A stretch of 64,000 bases of DNA from Polyangiales bacterium (GTDB taxonomy: Bacteria > Myxococcota_A > Polyangia > Polyangiales > Polyangiaceae): positions 1 through 64,000 of the forward strand of contig JBBRNJ010000006.1 in NCBI GenBank assembly GCA_038230375.1. Reading direction: 5' to 3'. Shown here piece after piece: positions 7,816-18,118 of this stretch. Each line of letters begins with the position of its first letter. Positions within the stretch are counted from its first letter, which is position 1. Under the pieces are notes generated by a model. That model made no database searches, was not told where the DNA came from, and saw nothing but the letters and a program-made list of their open reading frames with translations. The translations under genes were made by a program, and so were the position numbers.

Positions 7816-10707
7816 TCAGCGCGCGCGCATTCCTGCGTCGGCCTTGTAGAAAAGGCCGGCGTCGGCAACGGAGGACCCGTTCGTCAGCGTGAGATGCTGC
7901 TCGCGTCCATCCAGCGTCGGTAGCCGCGCGATGCCGTGCGCGACCGAGCCGATCTGGCAGTGGACGACCGCCTGCCCGCCGAACGACGTCGGTGGTTGTC
8001 CGCGTGACTCGGGCAGGTCCACGGTCCAGAGCTCGGTCACCTTGTCGTCGCTCGCGATCGACCACGCCGTTGCGATGCGCTCGAACGCGACCACGAACGC
8101 GCCGTCCCCGCATGCAAGGCCGAGCGGCACATCGCCTTCGAGCGTGCGCGGCGGCGCGATCCGTTCTCGCTTCTCGTTGTAGTGCGGCAGCGCCCGCCTC
8201 TTGCCGTTCACGTCGAGCACGTAGCTCGCCGGGAAGAACTTTCGTTCGCCCGTCTCCGTCCATCCGTTCGTCGCGAAGAGCAGCGTGACGAGCCCACCGG
8301 CATCGCCTCCACCAAGCGGACAGGTGCACCCCACGATCGGCTTGAAGCGCGAGAGGTCGGGCTCGGTTGACGGAGGGGGCGGTCGCGGCTTGAGCGGCCC
8401 GCTCGGAACACTCGCGGCGATCGTCTTCTTGTTGAAGTCGACGATGAGCGTGCGCGACTCCAGCTTCTTCGAGAGGAAACCGTAGATGACGTTGTTGCCG
8501 TACCCGAAGACGTGGAAGAAGCCGCGGTCCGCCGTGAGCGTGTATTGTGCAACTGTCGTCTGCGCGGGGAACGGCTGGGTGAAGCGCGCCTTTCCCGTCT
8601 TCGCATCCAGCGCGACGATGCCGCCATCACCGGCGAGAATGAGCACGGGACCCGCGGGACCGATGTCGACGCGGTCGGGCGAGTCCTGCATGACTCCGAG
8701 GCTCGCGAGCGACGTCTCCCAGCGCACGACACCGGTCGCGACCTCCACGCCCACGACCAGGATGCTCCCGTTGTCCGGTCCGCGTCCAGGCGTGGAGTTG
8801 TCGGTGAAGCTGACCATGGGGCCCGTGGGATTCGGTGCCTCGCCGCCCTGCTTCTTCTCGATGAACACGCCCAGGCCATCGTGAGCGCGCGCGGTTCGAC
8901 CCGTGTAACGCCCGGCGACGATGGCGCTCTCCGCGCCGAAATAGGGCGGGTTTTGCCCACGATTCGTGATGCCTTCGGACGTGGGCGCGTCAGCGACGTT
9001 GGCGACGGCCGTGGTGCTGCAATCGAGCGGTCGCGCCGCAGATTTGATCGTCGCGTCCTTTGGTACGATCAGGAGCCCGGCGGCGCCGCCCCTGGACGTT
9101 GCGCCCGTGAGGAAGATGCCGCTCGCCGAGTCGCACGCAGCGCCCGTGGTGCCCTCGGCCTTTGCCGTCTTGATTGGCTTGCCGTCGCTCAACGCGACGA
9201 GGTCGATGGCGGTGGATGTGGAGAGCGAGCGCGCGACGACGAGCACGCCGTCCTTTGCCGCAAGCACCACGCGCGTCCGCTCCTTCTGGTCGACACCGAG
9301 CGAGCTGTAGGTCTTGCCATAGTCGCCCAGGTGATAGAGCACCCGGCCGCTCTTGCCGTCGATCGCTTGCACGTAGGACAGGTAGTGTCCGTTGTCGGCG
9401 CCCCAGTCGTCGTTGCCGTCGTCGTCTCTGGCGTGGGGCCCCTCGTCCACGCCTACCGCAGTGATGAGATCCGTGATGCCGTCCCCGTTCACGTCGACCG
9501 CGAGCGGACGTGCGTAGAGCTCCGGCGCGCCAGGTGTGGAGGCGTTCGCGGAGAGGTCCTTCGCCTTCGTGCGCGTTGATGAGATCGCCGCTGCCAGCCC
9601 GGCAACGACCAGTCCACCAACCATGAGACAGACCACCACCAGGGCGCGGTTCTTGGTCTGGCGACTGGGCTCGTCGTCGCTCGTGTCGACCTGCGCCGCG
9701 ACCGTTCTTGCCGTGACAGTGGGCTCCGCGCGTGTGCCGGCAGCGGTCTGATGCGCCTCATGCTCCGCACGGAGGCGCCGCTTGCGGGCGCGCTTCGACT
9801 CCCTCGGATGCGACGGTTCGGCTTGTTTTTCAGCTCCTGGTGCCTCTTCCTGCGACAGCTCCTCCGCGCGCTCACGCAGCACGGCCGCGTCGTGCATGCG
9901 GTCCTTCGGCGACACCGTGAGCAGCTCGTCGAGCAACGCCAGCGATGCGTTGTCCAGGCTCGCGTGCGCGCGGACGTCGAGCCGACCCTCGTCGTCGAGC
10001 AGGGCGTCTGCCTCCTTGCGCGATAGCAACGCCGCAGCCATTGCGCCGACGGCATACAGGTCGGACGCGGGCGATGCGCGGCCCGCGAGCTGCTCCGGCG
10101 CCATGTAGCCGAACGTACCGGCGACCGTGCTACCGCCCTGCGCGCGGACAGCATCCCGGACCGACCCGAAGTCGATCAGCACCAGCGAGCCGTCCTTGCG
10201 GCGCATCACGTTCGCAGGCTTGATGTCGCGATGGACGACCGGCGGCGTGCGTCCGTGCAGGTACGCGAGGACGTCACAGAGCCCGGCCACGATCTTCCAC
10301 ACGTCGGCCGGCGCAAGACGCTCCGCCTCCGCCTCCGCGGCGATCGTGCCTCCGTCGATCAGCTCCTGCACCAGATAGAGCCCGGTGCTCTTGCCTTCGC
10401 CGAAGGTGAAGTTGTCCTCGTGTCGCGGGATCGCTGGGTGGTGCAGCGTGCGCAGGACGCTGGTCTCGCGTTCGAAGAGCTCCAGCGCCTTCACGGACTC
10501 CGCGGTGCCGATCGGGAGCTCCTTCACGGCGAACACGGCGCCGTCCGCGATCCGCTCCGCGCGATACGTGACGCCGTTGGCGCCGCGTCCCAGGATGCCG
10601 ACCAGCCGGTACTTCTGCGCGAGGAGGACGGGACCTTCACAGAGCGGACAGCGATCCGCGCTCTCGGCTTCCTTGGCGACCTCCTTGCCGCACGAGGCGC
10701 ACAACAT
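7816..10707 (-). CDS. Membrane Ser/Thr protein kinase with extracellular beta-propeller-like domain
   Basis: N-terminal CxxC pairs, LGRGANG, HRDIKPAN, DFG, YMAPE, TM helix, FG-GAP/PQQ-like repeats. Confidence 0.9.
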   Translation of the reverse strand: MLCASCGKEVAKEAESADRCPLCEGPVLLAQKYRLVGILGRGANGVTYRAERIADGAVFAVKELPIGTAESVKALELFERETSVLRTLHHPAIPRHEDNFTFGEGKSTGLYLVQELIDGGTIAAEAEAERLAPADVWKIVAGLCDVLAYLHGRTPPVVHRDIKPANVMRRKDGSLVLIDFGSVRDAVRAQGGSTVAGTFGYMAPEQLAGRASPASDLYAVGAMAAALLSRKEADALLDDEGRLDVRAHASLDNASLALLDELLTVSPKDRMHDAAVLRERAEELSQEEAPGAEKQAEPSHPRESKRARKRRLRAEHEAHQTAAGTRAEPTVTARTVAAQVDTSDDEPSRQTKNRALVVVCLMVGGLVVAGLAAAISSTRTKAKDLSANASTPGAPELYARPLAVDVNGDGITDLITAVGVDEGPHARDDDGNDDWGADNGHYLSYVQAIDGKSGRVLYHLGDYGKTYSSLGVDQKERTRVVLAAKDGVLVVARSLSTSTAIDLVALSDGKPIKTAKAEGTTGAACDSASGIFLTGATSRGGAAGLLIVPKDATIKSAARPLDCSTTAVANVADAPTSEGITNRGQNPPYFGAESAIVAGRYTGRTARAHDGLGVFIEKKQGGEAPNPTGPMVSFTDNSTPGRGPDNGSILVVGVEVATGVVRWETSLASLGVMQDSPDRVDIGPAGPVLILAGDGGIVALDAKTGKARFTQPFPAQTTVAQYTLTADRGFFHVFGYGNNVIYGFLSKKLESRTLIVDFNKKTIAASVPSGPLKPRPPPPSTEPDLSRFKPIVGCTCPLGGGDAGGLVTLLFATNGWTETGERKFFPASYVLDVNGKRRALPHYNEKRERIAPPRTLEGDVPLGLACGDGAFVVAFERIATAWSIASDDKVTELWTVDLPESRGQPPTSFGGQAVVHCQIGSVAHGIARLPTLDGREQHLTLTNGSSVADAGLFYKADAGMRAR

Positions 10708-10864
10708 CGCGCCAGCATACCCCGAAATTCGGATCTCCCACGGCGGGGAAGGGGCGCCGCGGTTCTCAGCACAAGGTCGCGCATCCCCGCGCGCGAGCCC
10801 TCACAAGAAACGAAGCACGGAGAGCGGGTGGCTCTCGGGGAAGAAATAACCTATGATTTAGGCT

Positions 10865-11107
10865 ATGAACGCGCGCACGAAGAAGCTGCTCGAAGAGGTG
10901 CTGGAGCTGCCCGCGTCTGAGCGCGCGCTCATCGTGGCGGAGCTCGACGCGAGTCTCGAGGACGAGGGCACGCCGGCAGAAATCGAGAAGGCGTGGGCGG
11001 CGGAGCTGGAGCGCCGTGCGGCCGACGTCGTCGCGGGACGAGGTGATGGTCGAGATGCGCGCGCGGTCATCGACGAGCTGCGCGCCGAACTTGCTACGAA
11101 GCGATGA
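10865..11107 (+). CDS. Addiction module antitoxin (TIGR02574-like)
   Basis: LELPASERALIV..L..SL and AWAAELERR motifs; ATGA overlap with the toxin. Confidence 0.85.
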   Translation: MNARTKKLLEEVLELPASERALIVAELDASLEDEGTPAEIEKAWAAELERRAADVVAGRGDGRDARAVIDELRAELATKR

Positions 11108-11427
11108 CGAAGCGGGTGATCGTCGAGAGCCTCGCACGCGAAGAGCTGCGTCAGGCCGCGCGCTGGTACGAAGAGCAACGTGTCGGCCAAGGCGAGGAGC
11201 TCGTCAACGAGGTGGACGGGATCTTTGTGGCGCTCTCGAGTCCGACGACGATTGGTGTCACGGTGCCCGGCGTGAAGACGGGCGTACGTCTCCTGCGGAT
11301 CCTGCTCACGCGTTTCCCCTACGCGGTGGTGTACGTGGAGCACGAGGAGAGCGTGCACGTCATTGCCGTGGCGCACTTCAAGAAGAAGCCCGGCTACTGG
11401 AAGAAGCGTCTTCGCGCGGTGCGCTGA
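11104..11427 (+). CDS. RelE/ParE family toxin
   Basis: AREEL..AARWYE, RFPYAVVY, VIAVAH..KKPGYW. Confidence 0.85.
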   Translation: MTKRVIVESLAREELRQAARWYEEQRVGQGEELVNEVDGIFVALSSPTTIGVTVPGVKTGVRLLRILLTRFPYAVVYVEHEESVHVIAVAHFKKKPGYWKKRLRAVR

Positions 11428-11818
11428 GCTGTCGACGGCACGAACGCTGCCATCGTTCGAAGCCGGGAACGACGTCGAGAAAATTTCGCGCCGCCACGAC
11501 GGCCACGGCGAACAATCATCAACCGCGCCTTCCCGGAGCCCATCCCATGAAAGACTCTCGCCTATTGAATCGCGACAAGCGTGGCTCGTAGTCCAATCGA
11601 TCGATGACGCGACGGAGCGCGAGGTCCTCCTGTTTGCAATTGGACTTGCGACCATGGAATTCAACGATGGGCCTCGCGCTAGTAGCGACCCTGAATCGGA
11701 AGACTTCGACCTTTCTTTCTTCATCGAGATCGCAAGGAAGCTTTACGCGCGGCGAGAAGTCATTGAACGGATATTGAGCGGGCAGACGGCGGCCCAAGCC
11801 ACGGGATGGGACCCCTAG
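11363..11818 (+). CDS. Possible small hypothetical protein (true start unclear, probably downstream)
   Basis: The C-terminal ~80 aa look protein-like; the segment is lower in GC. Confidence 0.3.
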   Translation: MPWRTSRRSPATGRSVFARCAELSTARTLPSFEAGNDVEKISRRHDGHGEQSSTAPSRSPSHERLSPIESRQAWLVVQSIDDATEREVLLFAIGLATMEFNDGPRASSDPESEDFDLSFFIEIARKLYARREVIERILSGQTAAQATGWDP

Positions 11819-11882
11819 CAGGCGCGCGACGTCGTTCGCTTCCGGAGCGACGCGCATGACTCAGGCACGCTTCGAAGCCGGT

Positions 11883-12839
11883 TCAGCGACGGAGCCGTCT
11901 TCGCTTGCTTGGGGTGAGGCTTGGGCGGTTCATGCCCGCGGGGGCGGTGCTCGGTGGTCTGGGGTGGGCTGGGGCTGGCGCCAGGAGTGACGGCTTTGGA
12001 TTTGCGGAGGAGAACGCCGATCTCGGATCGATGAGGCGCAGCAGCGTGGCGTCCACTTCCTGCATCGTTCGCTTGCCTGGGCCTTTTCCCGTGAGCTCGT
12101 GATGCAGGTCGCTCTCCCAGAAGAGCCACGTCGCGTACGCGCGCAGGAGGTGCTCAGGATGCGAGGTGCCGAGCATGGGCGCGCCCGATGAGAGCGCCAC
12201 GTCTGCCAGCGAGCGGCACTGCGTGAGGTAGCCCTTTGGGTCCAGCTCGATGTCGCGCGCGTTGCCCGCCACGCCTCGCATCTGCAACTTGAGCGCTGCG
12301 CCCAGGCTCTGACACGCGAGCAGCGCGAAGCGGTCCGCCGTCAGCTCAGAGGCCAGCATGAAGCCGCGCGCGCGATCCATGTAGGATGCATTCGTTGCCG
12401 CTGCACGCGCCCAGGCGAAATCTGGATGCGCCAGGTGGCAGAGCGCGTGCCCGACCTCGTGACCGATCAGGCCGCAGAGCTCCGGCCCCTGGAACATGGA
12501 GGTGAAGTCGCCCACGAACAGGATCGCTATCGGTCGGCGCGGAAGCACCGCGTATGCATTCGGCGGCTCGCCCCGCGCTTGATAGAGCTCCAGGGAGTCC
12601 ACCACGCCAAGGTTCTCCATGGCGGTCTTCGCCTGCCCATACAGGCCCTTCGCCATGGCCTGCGTGAGGAGCAGCGCGGTGCCCAGCAGCCCGCGCCGCT
12701 TGTCCGCGCCCGGCTTCACGTAGGACGACCTGGCCTCTGGCGCCGCGACGGCGAGCCGCTCGGCGAACGTGCGCTCGAACGAGACCCTCACGCGCTCCAG
12801 GTGGTCTACGGGGACAGCGCCCCGTGCTCCAGCGACCAT
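11883..12839 (-). CDS. M48 family zinc metallopeptidase
   Basis: PNAYA, HEVGH, SELTADRFAL. Start re-assigned to ATG 12839, 7 nt after TATTCT. Confidence 0.8.
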   Translation of the reverse strand: MVAGARGAVPVDHLERVRVSFERTFAERLAVAAPEARSSYVKPGADKRRGLLGTALLLTQAMAKGLYGQAKTAMENLGVVDSLELYQARGEPPNAYAVLPRRPIAILFVGDFTSMFQGPELCGLIGHEVGHALCHLAHPDFAWARAAATNASYMDRARGFMLASELTADRFALLACQSLGAALKLQMRGVAGNARDIELDPKGYLTQCRSLADVALSSGAPMLGTSHPEHLLRAYATWLFWESDLHHELTGKGPGKRTMQEVDATLLRLIDPRSAFSSANPKPSLLAPAPAHPRPPSTAPAGMNRPSLTPSKRRRLRR

Positions 12840-12911
12840 GCGGGCGAGAATAGCATGCGCCTCGTACCCCCCTGGCGTGGCGGTGAGCGATTGACGTAGT
12901 CTCTCATCCCG

Positions 12912-14171
12912 ATGCAACCGACGCTCCCCTCCGCTCGCGCCATCAGGCACTCTCGCCGTCTCACGTTGCCGTTCGCGATGCTGTGCATCGTCGCGTTCGC
13001 GCCCGCGTGCGGCTTCATCCGCCACCTGCAGGGCGAGGACACCATCACGCTCGAGAAGGCGGACGTACAGTCCATGAGCGTCGACATCCGCCCCGAGAAG
13101 AAGACGATCTGCCCCGGCGAGTCCGTGCAGATGGCGGTCTTCGCGGACGTGAAATTCGAGGGCGAGAAGGTCACGAAGAAGGTCGAGACGTGGACCGGAA
13201 CGTCCGAGGTGAACAAGAACGACAAGCTCGATTTCTCGGAGTTCGCGTTCCACTCCGACGACGGCACCGTGGACCAGCACGGGTGGTTCCACTCCAAGGG
13301 CGACATCGCAACGACCATCGCGAAGGAGTTCGAGGTCACCACGGCGTACCGCCGCCGCCCCGACAAGTTCACCTTCAAGACCACCTACAAGCCCGACTAC
13401 AACTGCTTCAAGCAGGTGGGCGCATCCGGCCCCGGCGGCAACGGCGGGCCGTCCGGTGATAGCGGGCGGGACGGACAGAGCGGCAACGGCGGCTCCGCGA
13501 CCGCAGGTGGCGGCAAGGGTGGCGACGGCAGCCCCGGCGGCCCCGGCGGCAGCGCAACGGATGGACAGGCTGGCGTACACATCGCCGCGTTCGCCACGTT
13601 CGTGAAGACGCCGTTCTACGACAAGCTCCTTGCCGTGAAGATCACAGGTGACATGAACGGCTTCATGCTCGCGTCGCCAGAGAAGCCGTTTGCTGTGTTC
13701 TCCGTGGGCGGCAGCGGCGGCAGCGGCGGCAGCGGCGGTCGCGGCGGCAGCGGCGGGCACGGCGGCAGCGGCAACCCCGCAGGCGGCGGCGGCAACGGCG
13801 GTCAGGGCGGCAACGGTGGCAACGGCGCGAACGGCGGGCCGGGCGGCACGCTCGATCTGATGTATGATGCACGTTTCCCCGAACTGAAGACCCTGCTGAG
13901 CGCGGACGTGTCTGGCGGCGGCGCGGGGTCTCCCGGCTCCGCGGGCGAGGGCGGCTCGGGTGGAAGCGGCGGCTCAGGCATCACGCCCAGCGCGACGGGC
14001 TCGAACAGTCCGCCGCCGCCCAGCGTTCCCAACGGACAGTCCGGCTCGCAGGGCGCGCGCGGCGCTCCTGGCAGCGGCGGTGGTCGCGGCGGTTCGCCCG
14101 GCAAGCTCACCGTGAAGCCCGGCAACGTGAAGGAGAAGATGAGCGACGTGCCTGGAGTGACTCCCCTGTGA
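12912..14171 (+). CDS. Gly-rich (collagen-like) putative lipoprotein
   Basis: Signal ending APAC; globular N-domain followed by GGxGG repeats. Confidence 0.75.
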   Translation: MQPTLPSARAIRHSRRLTLPFAMLCIVAFAPACGFIRHLQGEDTITLEKADVQSMSVDIRPEKKTICPGESVQMAVFADVKFEGEKVTKKVETWTGTSEVNKNDKLDFSEFAFHSDDGTVDQHGWFHSKGDIATTIAKEFEVTTAYRRRPDKFTFKTTYKPDYNCFKQVGASGPGGNGGPSGDSGRDGQSGNGGSATAGGGKGGDGSPGGPGGSATDGQAGVHIAAFATFVKTPFYDKLLAVKITGDMNGFMLASPEKPFAVFSVGGSGGSGGSGGRGGSGGHGGSGNPAGGGGNGGQGGNGGNGANGGPGGTLDLMYDARFPELKTLLSADVSGGGAGSPGSAGEGGSGGSGGSGITPSATGSNSPPPPSVPNGQSGSQGARGAPGSGGGRGGSPGKLTVKPGNVKEKMSDVPGVTPL

Positions 14172-15661
14172 GGGACAAGGGCAGCCGCGTCGCGCTCACA
14201 CGCAGAGAGCTCTCGCTTGGCCTCGCGCTCATCCCGTTCTCTGGCGGCTTCGTCGCGGGCTGCGGTGGCGGCAAGCGAAACGATCCGGAGACGCCGCTCG
14301 CGCACCTGTACGGCAAGGAGTGGGTTCGCGGCGCGTACGGCCTCTACGCAGGGAAATTCGCGGGTGTTCAGACGAACGCAGAGACGAAGAGCTTCGAGGC
14401 GTACAAGGTGCTCGCGCAGCGCGGCATCATCTCCCTCGACGAGCTGCAGCGCCGCGACGTGCCGTTCACCATGCGCGTGTCCGCCGACGAGCAGGCGTTC
14501 GCGATCGTGCGCAGCGTCCCCGATCGCCTCACGTTCACCGCCGACATGGCGCAGAAGGATCGCGACGCCGCGACCGCCGCATGGAAGAAGGCGCGCGAGA
14601 ACATCCACCACGACTACGACGAGATCCAGCGCCTCAATGGCTCGCTGCAAGAGCTCTTCGGGCAGCTGCAGACCGTGCGCAGCTACATCGACGAGGGCGT
14701 GAAGGAGCAATGGCGCCTCTGCGCGCAGCTCGACGCGCTGAAGGGGGACCCCACCGCGCTGCCGTTCCAGCTGCCGTTCCAGGTCACGCCCAAGGACTAC
14801 GAGCAGATCCTCCTCATCCTGCTCGCGCGGCTCGAGGACGACCAGAACAAGCTCGCGAAGCTCGAGGCCCACATCCTCACCGTGGGTCTTGTGGCGCGCG
14901 CGACCGACGCGGGCTCGGGCTCGCTCTCGCCGAACCTGCGCAAGGTGCTGCTCACCGTGGTGGAGGACGGAAAATCCCCGCCGCAGGCGCTCGTGTTCCC
15001 CGAGAAGGACGACGAGCGCAGCAAGATGATCGAGGACGGCACCGCCATCCGCAACCACATCCTGGTCCTGCCCGAGTTTGTGCGCTGGACCAAGGACGAG
15101 AAGGAGAAGCGCTTCGCCGCCGTCGGTCAGTTCCTGCAGGTGCTCGACATGGTGACGGGCCTGAAGACGTCCGTCGTCTATCGCGTGGCCATCAACGTGT
15201 GGAAGGGCGAGAAGGACTACATCGAGTACGCGAAGATCCTGCTCGACCTCATCCCGCATGGTGGCCCCATCGTGAAGACCCTGCAGCAGGGCCTGGAGTA
15301 CACGCAAGAAGTGCAGAAATACGCCGGGATCGCGATGGAAGTATATGCAAAGTACAACCAGATCAAGGACGGCAAGCTGCCCACGCAGGAGGAGCTCGTC
15401 GCGCGCGTGAAGCAAGAGGCGCTCACGCGCGGTCAGAAGGAGCTCGCCAAGGGCGAGAGCCTGGCCATCAACACGGCGTCCAAGTTCGCGCTCGATCGTC
15501 TGCCGAAGCAGCTCTCGTTCTTCAAGGACAAGGACGAGATGAAGAAGGTCACGGCGCTCTTCAATCAGACGGATCTGATGACGCAGCAGCTCCCGGGTCT
15601 CACGCCGCTCCGTGACACCATCCAGTCAGACGTGGACAGCGCAAAGTCCTACGTGCAGTGA
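14168..15661 (+). CDS. Hypothetical helical lipoprotein, possibly Tat-exported
   Basis: LTRRELSL..VAGC signal; coiled-coil character; GTGA overlap with the upstream gene. Confidence 0.75.
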   Translation: MRDKGSRVALTRRELSLGLALIPFSGGFVAGCGGGKRNDPETPLAHLYGKEWVRGAYGLYAGKFAGVQTNAETKSFEAYKVLAQRGIISLDELQRRDVPFTMRVSADEQAFAIVRSVPDRLTFTADMAQKDRDAATAAWKKARENIHHDYDEIQRLNGSLQELFGQLQTVRSYIDEGVKEQWRLCAQLDALKGDPTALPFQLPFQVTPKDYEQILLILLARLEDDQNKLAKLEAHILTVGLVARATDAGSGSLSPNLRKVLLTVVEDGKSPPQALVFPEKDDERSKMIEDGTAIRNHILVLPEFVRWTKDEKEKRFAAVGQFLQVLDMVTGLKTSVVYRVAINVWKGEKDYIEYAKILLDLIPHGGPIVKTLQQGLEYTQEVQKYAGIAMEVYAKYNQIKDGKLPTQEELVARVKQEALTRGQKELAKGESLAINTASKFALDRLPKQLSFFKDKDEMKKVTALFNQTDLMTQQLPGLTPLRDTIQSDVDSAKSYVQ

Positions 15662-15665
15662 GGGC

Positions 15666-16940
15666 TCAGCCCTTGGCTTCTTCGGCGTGGATGCGATCGA
15701 TGATCGTCATGACCTCTGCGTCCGCCAGGATGTGATCCTTGGTCTTCGCTTCCTTCAAGATCTCGGAGACCAGGCGCTCGCTCGACTTGATGCCGCGTGC
15801 CTCCAGCCAGAAGTTCACGTTGGATGCGCCGGACATGAAGCCGATGCAGATCTCCTGCTTGCGGCCGAACATGCCCGCAGGCACACCGCTGTAGATGCGG
15901 TCCGCGAGCCAGCTGTCGCCCTTCTGCATGGCCTTGATGATCGCAGATGCGTGGACACCGGTGGCGGTGCGGAACGCGTCGCGTCCGACGAGCGGGTAGT
16001 TGATCGGGACGTCCCACTCCACGGCCTTCGCGACGGTGTCGCAGTATTCGAGCAGCTTCGTGAGATCTTGATCTTCCAGCTGGCCGAGCAGCTTCATGTT
16101 CAGGAGCACGAGCTCCATCTGCGCGTTGCCCACGCGCTCCCCGATTCCGAGCGCCGTGGCGTGCACGCGGTCCGCGCCGAACTCCAGCGCCCAGAGCGCG
16201 TTCTCGAGCGCAAGGCCGCGATCGTTGTGGCCGTGCCAGTCGATGCCGATGTCCTTTGCGCCAGTGCCGGCGATGACGTGCTTCGTGAACTGGATCAGGT
16301 TGCGCACGCCGTCGGGGGTGGCGTGGCCCACGGTGTCGGATAGGCAGAGGCGCGTGGCGCCGTGATCGATCGCGGTGCGGAACAGCGTGGTGAGCACGTC
16401 GGGGCGTGAGCGCGTGGTGTCTTCCGTCACGTAGGCAACGGGGAGGCCGGCCTTCACGGCAACGTCGATCGCCTCGGCGCTGCGTTTTGCGATGAGCTCC
16501 AGATCCCATGCCTCTGCGTACTGACGGATCGGGGACGAGCCGATGAACGCGTAGACCTCGATGGGGAGGCCTGCGCGCTGCGAGACCTCGATCATGGGCG
16601 TGATGTCGCCGACGACCGTGCGACCCGCGCACGCGATCTTGATCTTCATCTTGCACGCGACGACCTCCTGGCAGAGGCGCAGCACGTCGTTGAAGGCGCG
16701 CGGGCTGGAGCCAGGGAGGCCAATGTCCGCCTCGTGGATGCCAAGGTCCTCCATGAGGTGGAGGATCTTGAGCTTCTGTTCGATGCCCGGATCCTTCACG
16801 GATGGATTCTGGAGGCCGTCGCGGAGGGTCTCGTCGAAGAACGTGGCGTTCGTCGGCGTGATACGGCCCTTGCGGTTCACCTCGTTCCAATCGAAGACGT
16901 AATCGCTCTGGCGATCGCCTTCCGGTCGCTGGTCGGACAT
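15666..16940 (-). CDS. LeuA-family DRE-TIM acyltransferase (2-isopropylmalate/homocitrate synthase-like, no C-terminal regulatory domain)
   Basis: DETLRDG, LSDTVG, HGHNDRGLA, GIGERVGN. Start set at ATG 16940, 7 nt after TATAAT. Confidence 0.85.
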   Translation of the reverse strand: MSDQRPEGDRQSDYVFDWNEVNRKGRITPTNATFFDETLRDGLQNPSVKDPGIEQKLKILHLMEDLGIHEADIGLPGSSPRAFNDVLRLCQEVVACKMKIKIACAGRTVVGDITPMIEVSQRAGLPIEVYAFIGSSPIRQYAEAWDLELIAKRSAEAIDVAVKAGLPVAYVTEDTTRSRPDVLTTLFRTAIDHGATRLCLSDTVGHATPDGVRNLIQFTKHVIAGTGAKDIGIDWHGHNDRGLALENALWALEFGADRVHATALGIGERVGNAQMELVLLNMKLLGQLEDQDLTKLLEYCDTVAKAVEWDVPINYPLVGRDAFRTATGVHASAIIKAMQKGDSWLADRIYSGVPAGMFGRKQEICIGFMSGASNVNFWLEARGIKSSERLVSEILKEAKTKDHILADAEVMTIIDRIHAEEAKG

Positions 16941-16993
16941 GAGCTTCATTATACGCGACTTGGCCGATTTCGCGTTGTGGTAGCATCCGGCGC

Positions 16994-18118
16994 ATGACGC
17001 AGGCCTTCGTCGCGAGCCAGCTTCAGGCCGAGCTACTCGTCGTCCAGCCGGGAACGCGCCAGAGCTTCCGGCGCCGCGTGATCGACGCAATGCGTAGCGT
17101 CGTCCCAGCGCCGAGCGGGTTCATGTTCTTCGGCACCGACGACTCACGTGCCTATTCCGATGGTTCGCGGCTGGTGGAGGCGATCTCCAAGCCGCCGCAG
17201 AACCCGCAGGGCAGCTCGCTCTCGCAGGCGTTCGGCATCGAGGTGAAGTCCGTGGTGGAGGCTCCGCGTCGGACCTACCTCGCGGAAGAGCTGTACCCGG
17301 ATGCGATTCGCTTCAAGCTGCCGTACTTCGCGGAGCACTCGCATCCGGAAGGCATGCGTCATGCGCTCCTCGTCTTCCTTCACGAGGGCGGGGTGCTGTT
17401 CGGAGTCGCAGGGCTCGAGCGCCGCGCAGAGGATCCGGAGTTCACGCAGGCGGAGTCTGACCGACTGGAGACCCTGTCGGCATTCATGGTCGCTGGCGCG
17501 CGCGCGCAGATGGCGTATGACGATCTCTCGCGCGAGGCTGCGGCACTCCGCGCGCTCACCAAGACACGCGGCACGCTCTACGTCGTGGACCGCGACAAGC
17601 GCACGGTGGTCTGGGCAGCGAACCGCGAGCGCGGCATCGACTGGGAGCAGGACGTACGCGGCGTGGCCGACCAGATCGTGGACGCCGCGGAGCAGTCGCT
17701 CGAGGCGCAGAAGAAGGGCGATGCGCTCCCCACGCCGCCGCGCCTTCCGGAGGGCGCAGTCGTTGGCGTCTCCCGGCTCGAGGGCGATCCAGTCTTCGGT
17801 GGCGCGCGCTGCGCGGTCATCCGCGTGGAGTCGCAAGACCAGAAGGGTCAGCAGGCCATGGAGAGCCTCTCCCGCCGCGAGCGAGAGATCGCGCGCCTGC
17901 TGGTGGCGGGCTACAGCGGAGTGAACGTCGCGGCCATCTCCGGCCTCAGCGAGAACACCGTGCGAACCTACGTGCGCCGCCTCTACGGCAAGCTGAACGT
18001 ATCGAACCGAGCCGACCTGGTCCGCAAGCTGATGGCGCCAGAAGAAAAACCACAGAGCAGCTCCATCGGCCCACTCCCCGACTCCTCACTAGCCGACGGC
18101 GACGACACGCTGGACTGA
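16994..18118 (+). CDS. LuxR-family HTH regulator with N-terminal GAF-like sensor
   Basis: C-terminal LSRREREIARLLVAGYS...SENTVRTYVRRLYGKLNVSNR. Confidence 0.85.
   Translation: MTQAFVASQLQAELLVVQPGTRQSFRRRVIDAMRSVVPAPSGFMFFGTDDSRAYSDGSRLVEAISKPPQNPQGSSLSQAFGIEVKSVVEAPRRTYLAEELYPDAIRFKLPYFAEHSHPEGMRHALLVFLHEGGVLFGVAGLERRAEDPEFTQAESDRLETLSAFMVAGARAQMAYDDLSREAAALRALTKTRGTLYVVDRDKRTVVWAANRERGIDWEQDVRGVADQIVDAAEQSLEAQKKGDALPTPPRLPEGAVVGVSRLEGDPVFGGARCAVIRVESQDQKGQQAMESLSRREREIARLLVAGYSGVNVAAISGLSENTVRTYVRRLYGKLNVSNRADLVRKLMAPEEKPQSSSIGPLPDSSLADGDDTLD

Noticed and set aside
12840..13760. N-terminal extension of the M48 ORF in the track
   Set aside because: Antisense to the real Gly-rich lipoprotein gene; a better start exists at 12839.
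13700..13850. ggcggcagc-type repeats as an array
   Set aside because: They encode Gly-rich protein sequence; no CRISPR-like repeat-spacer structure.
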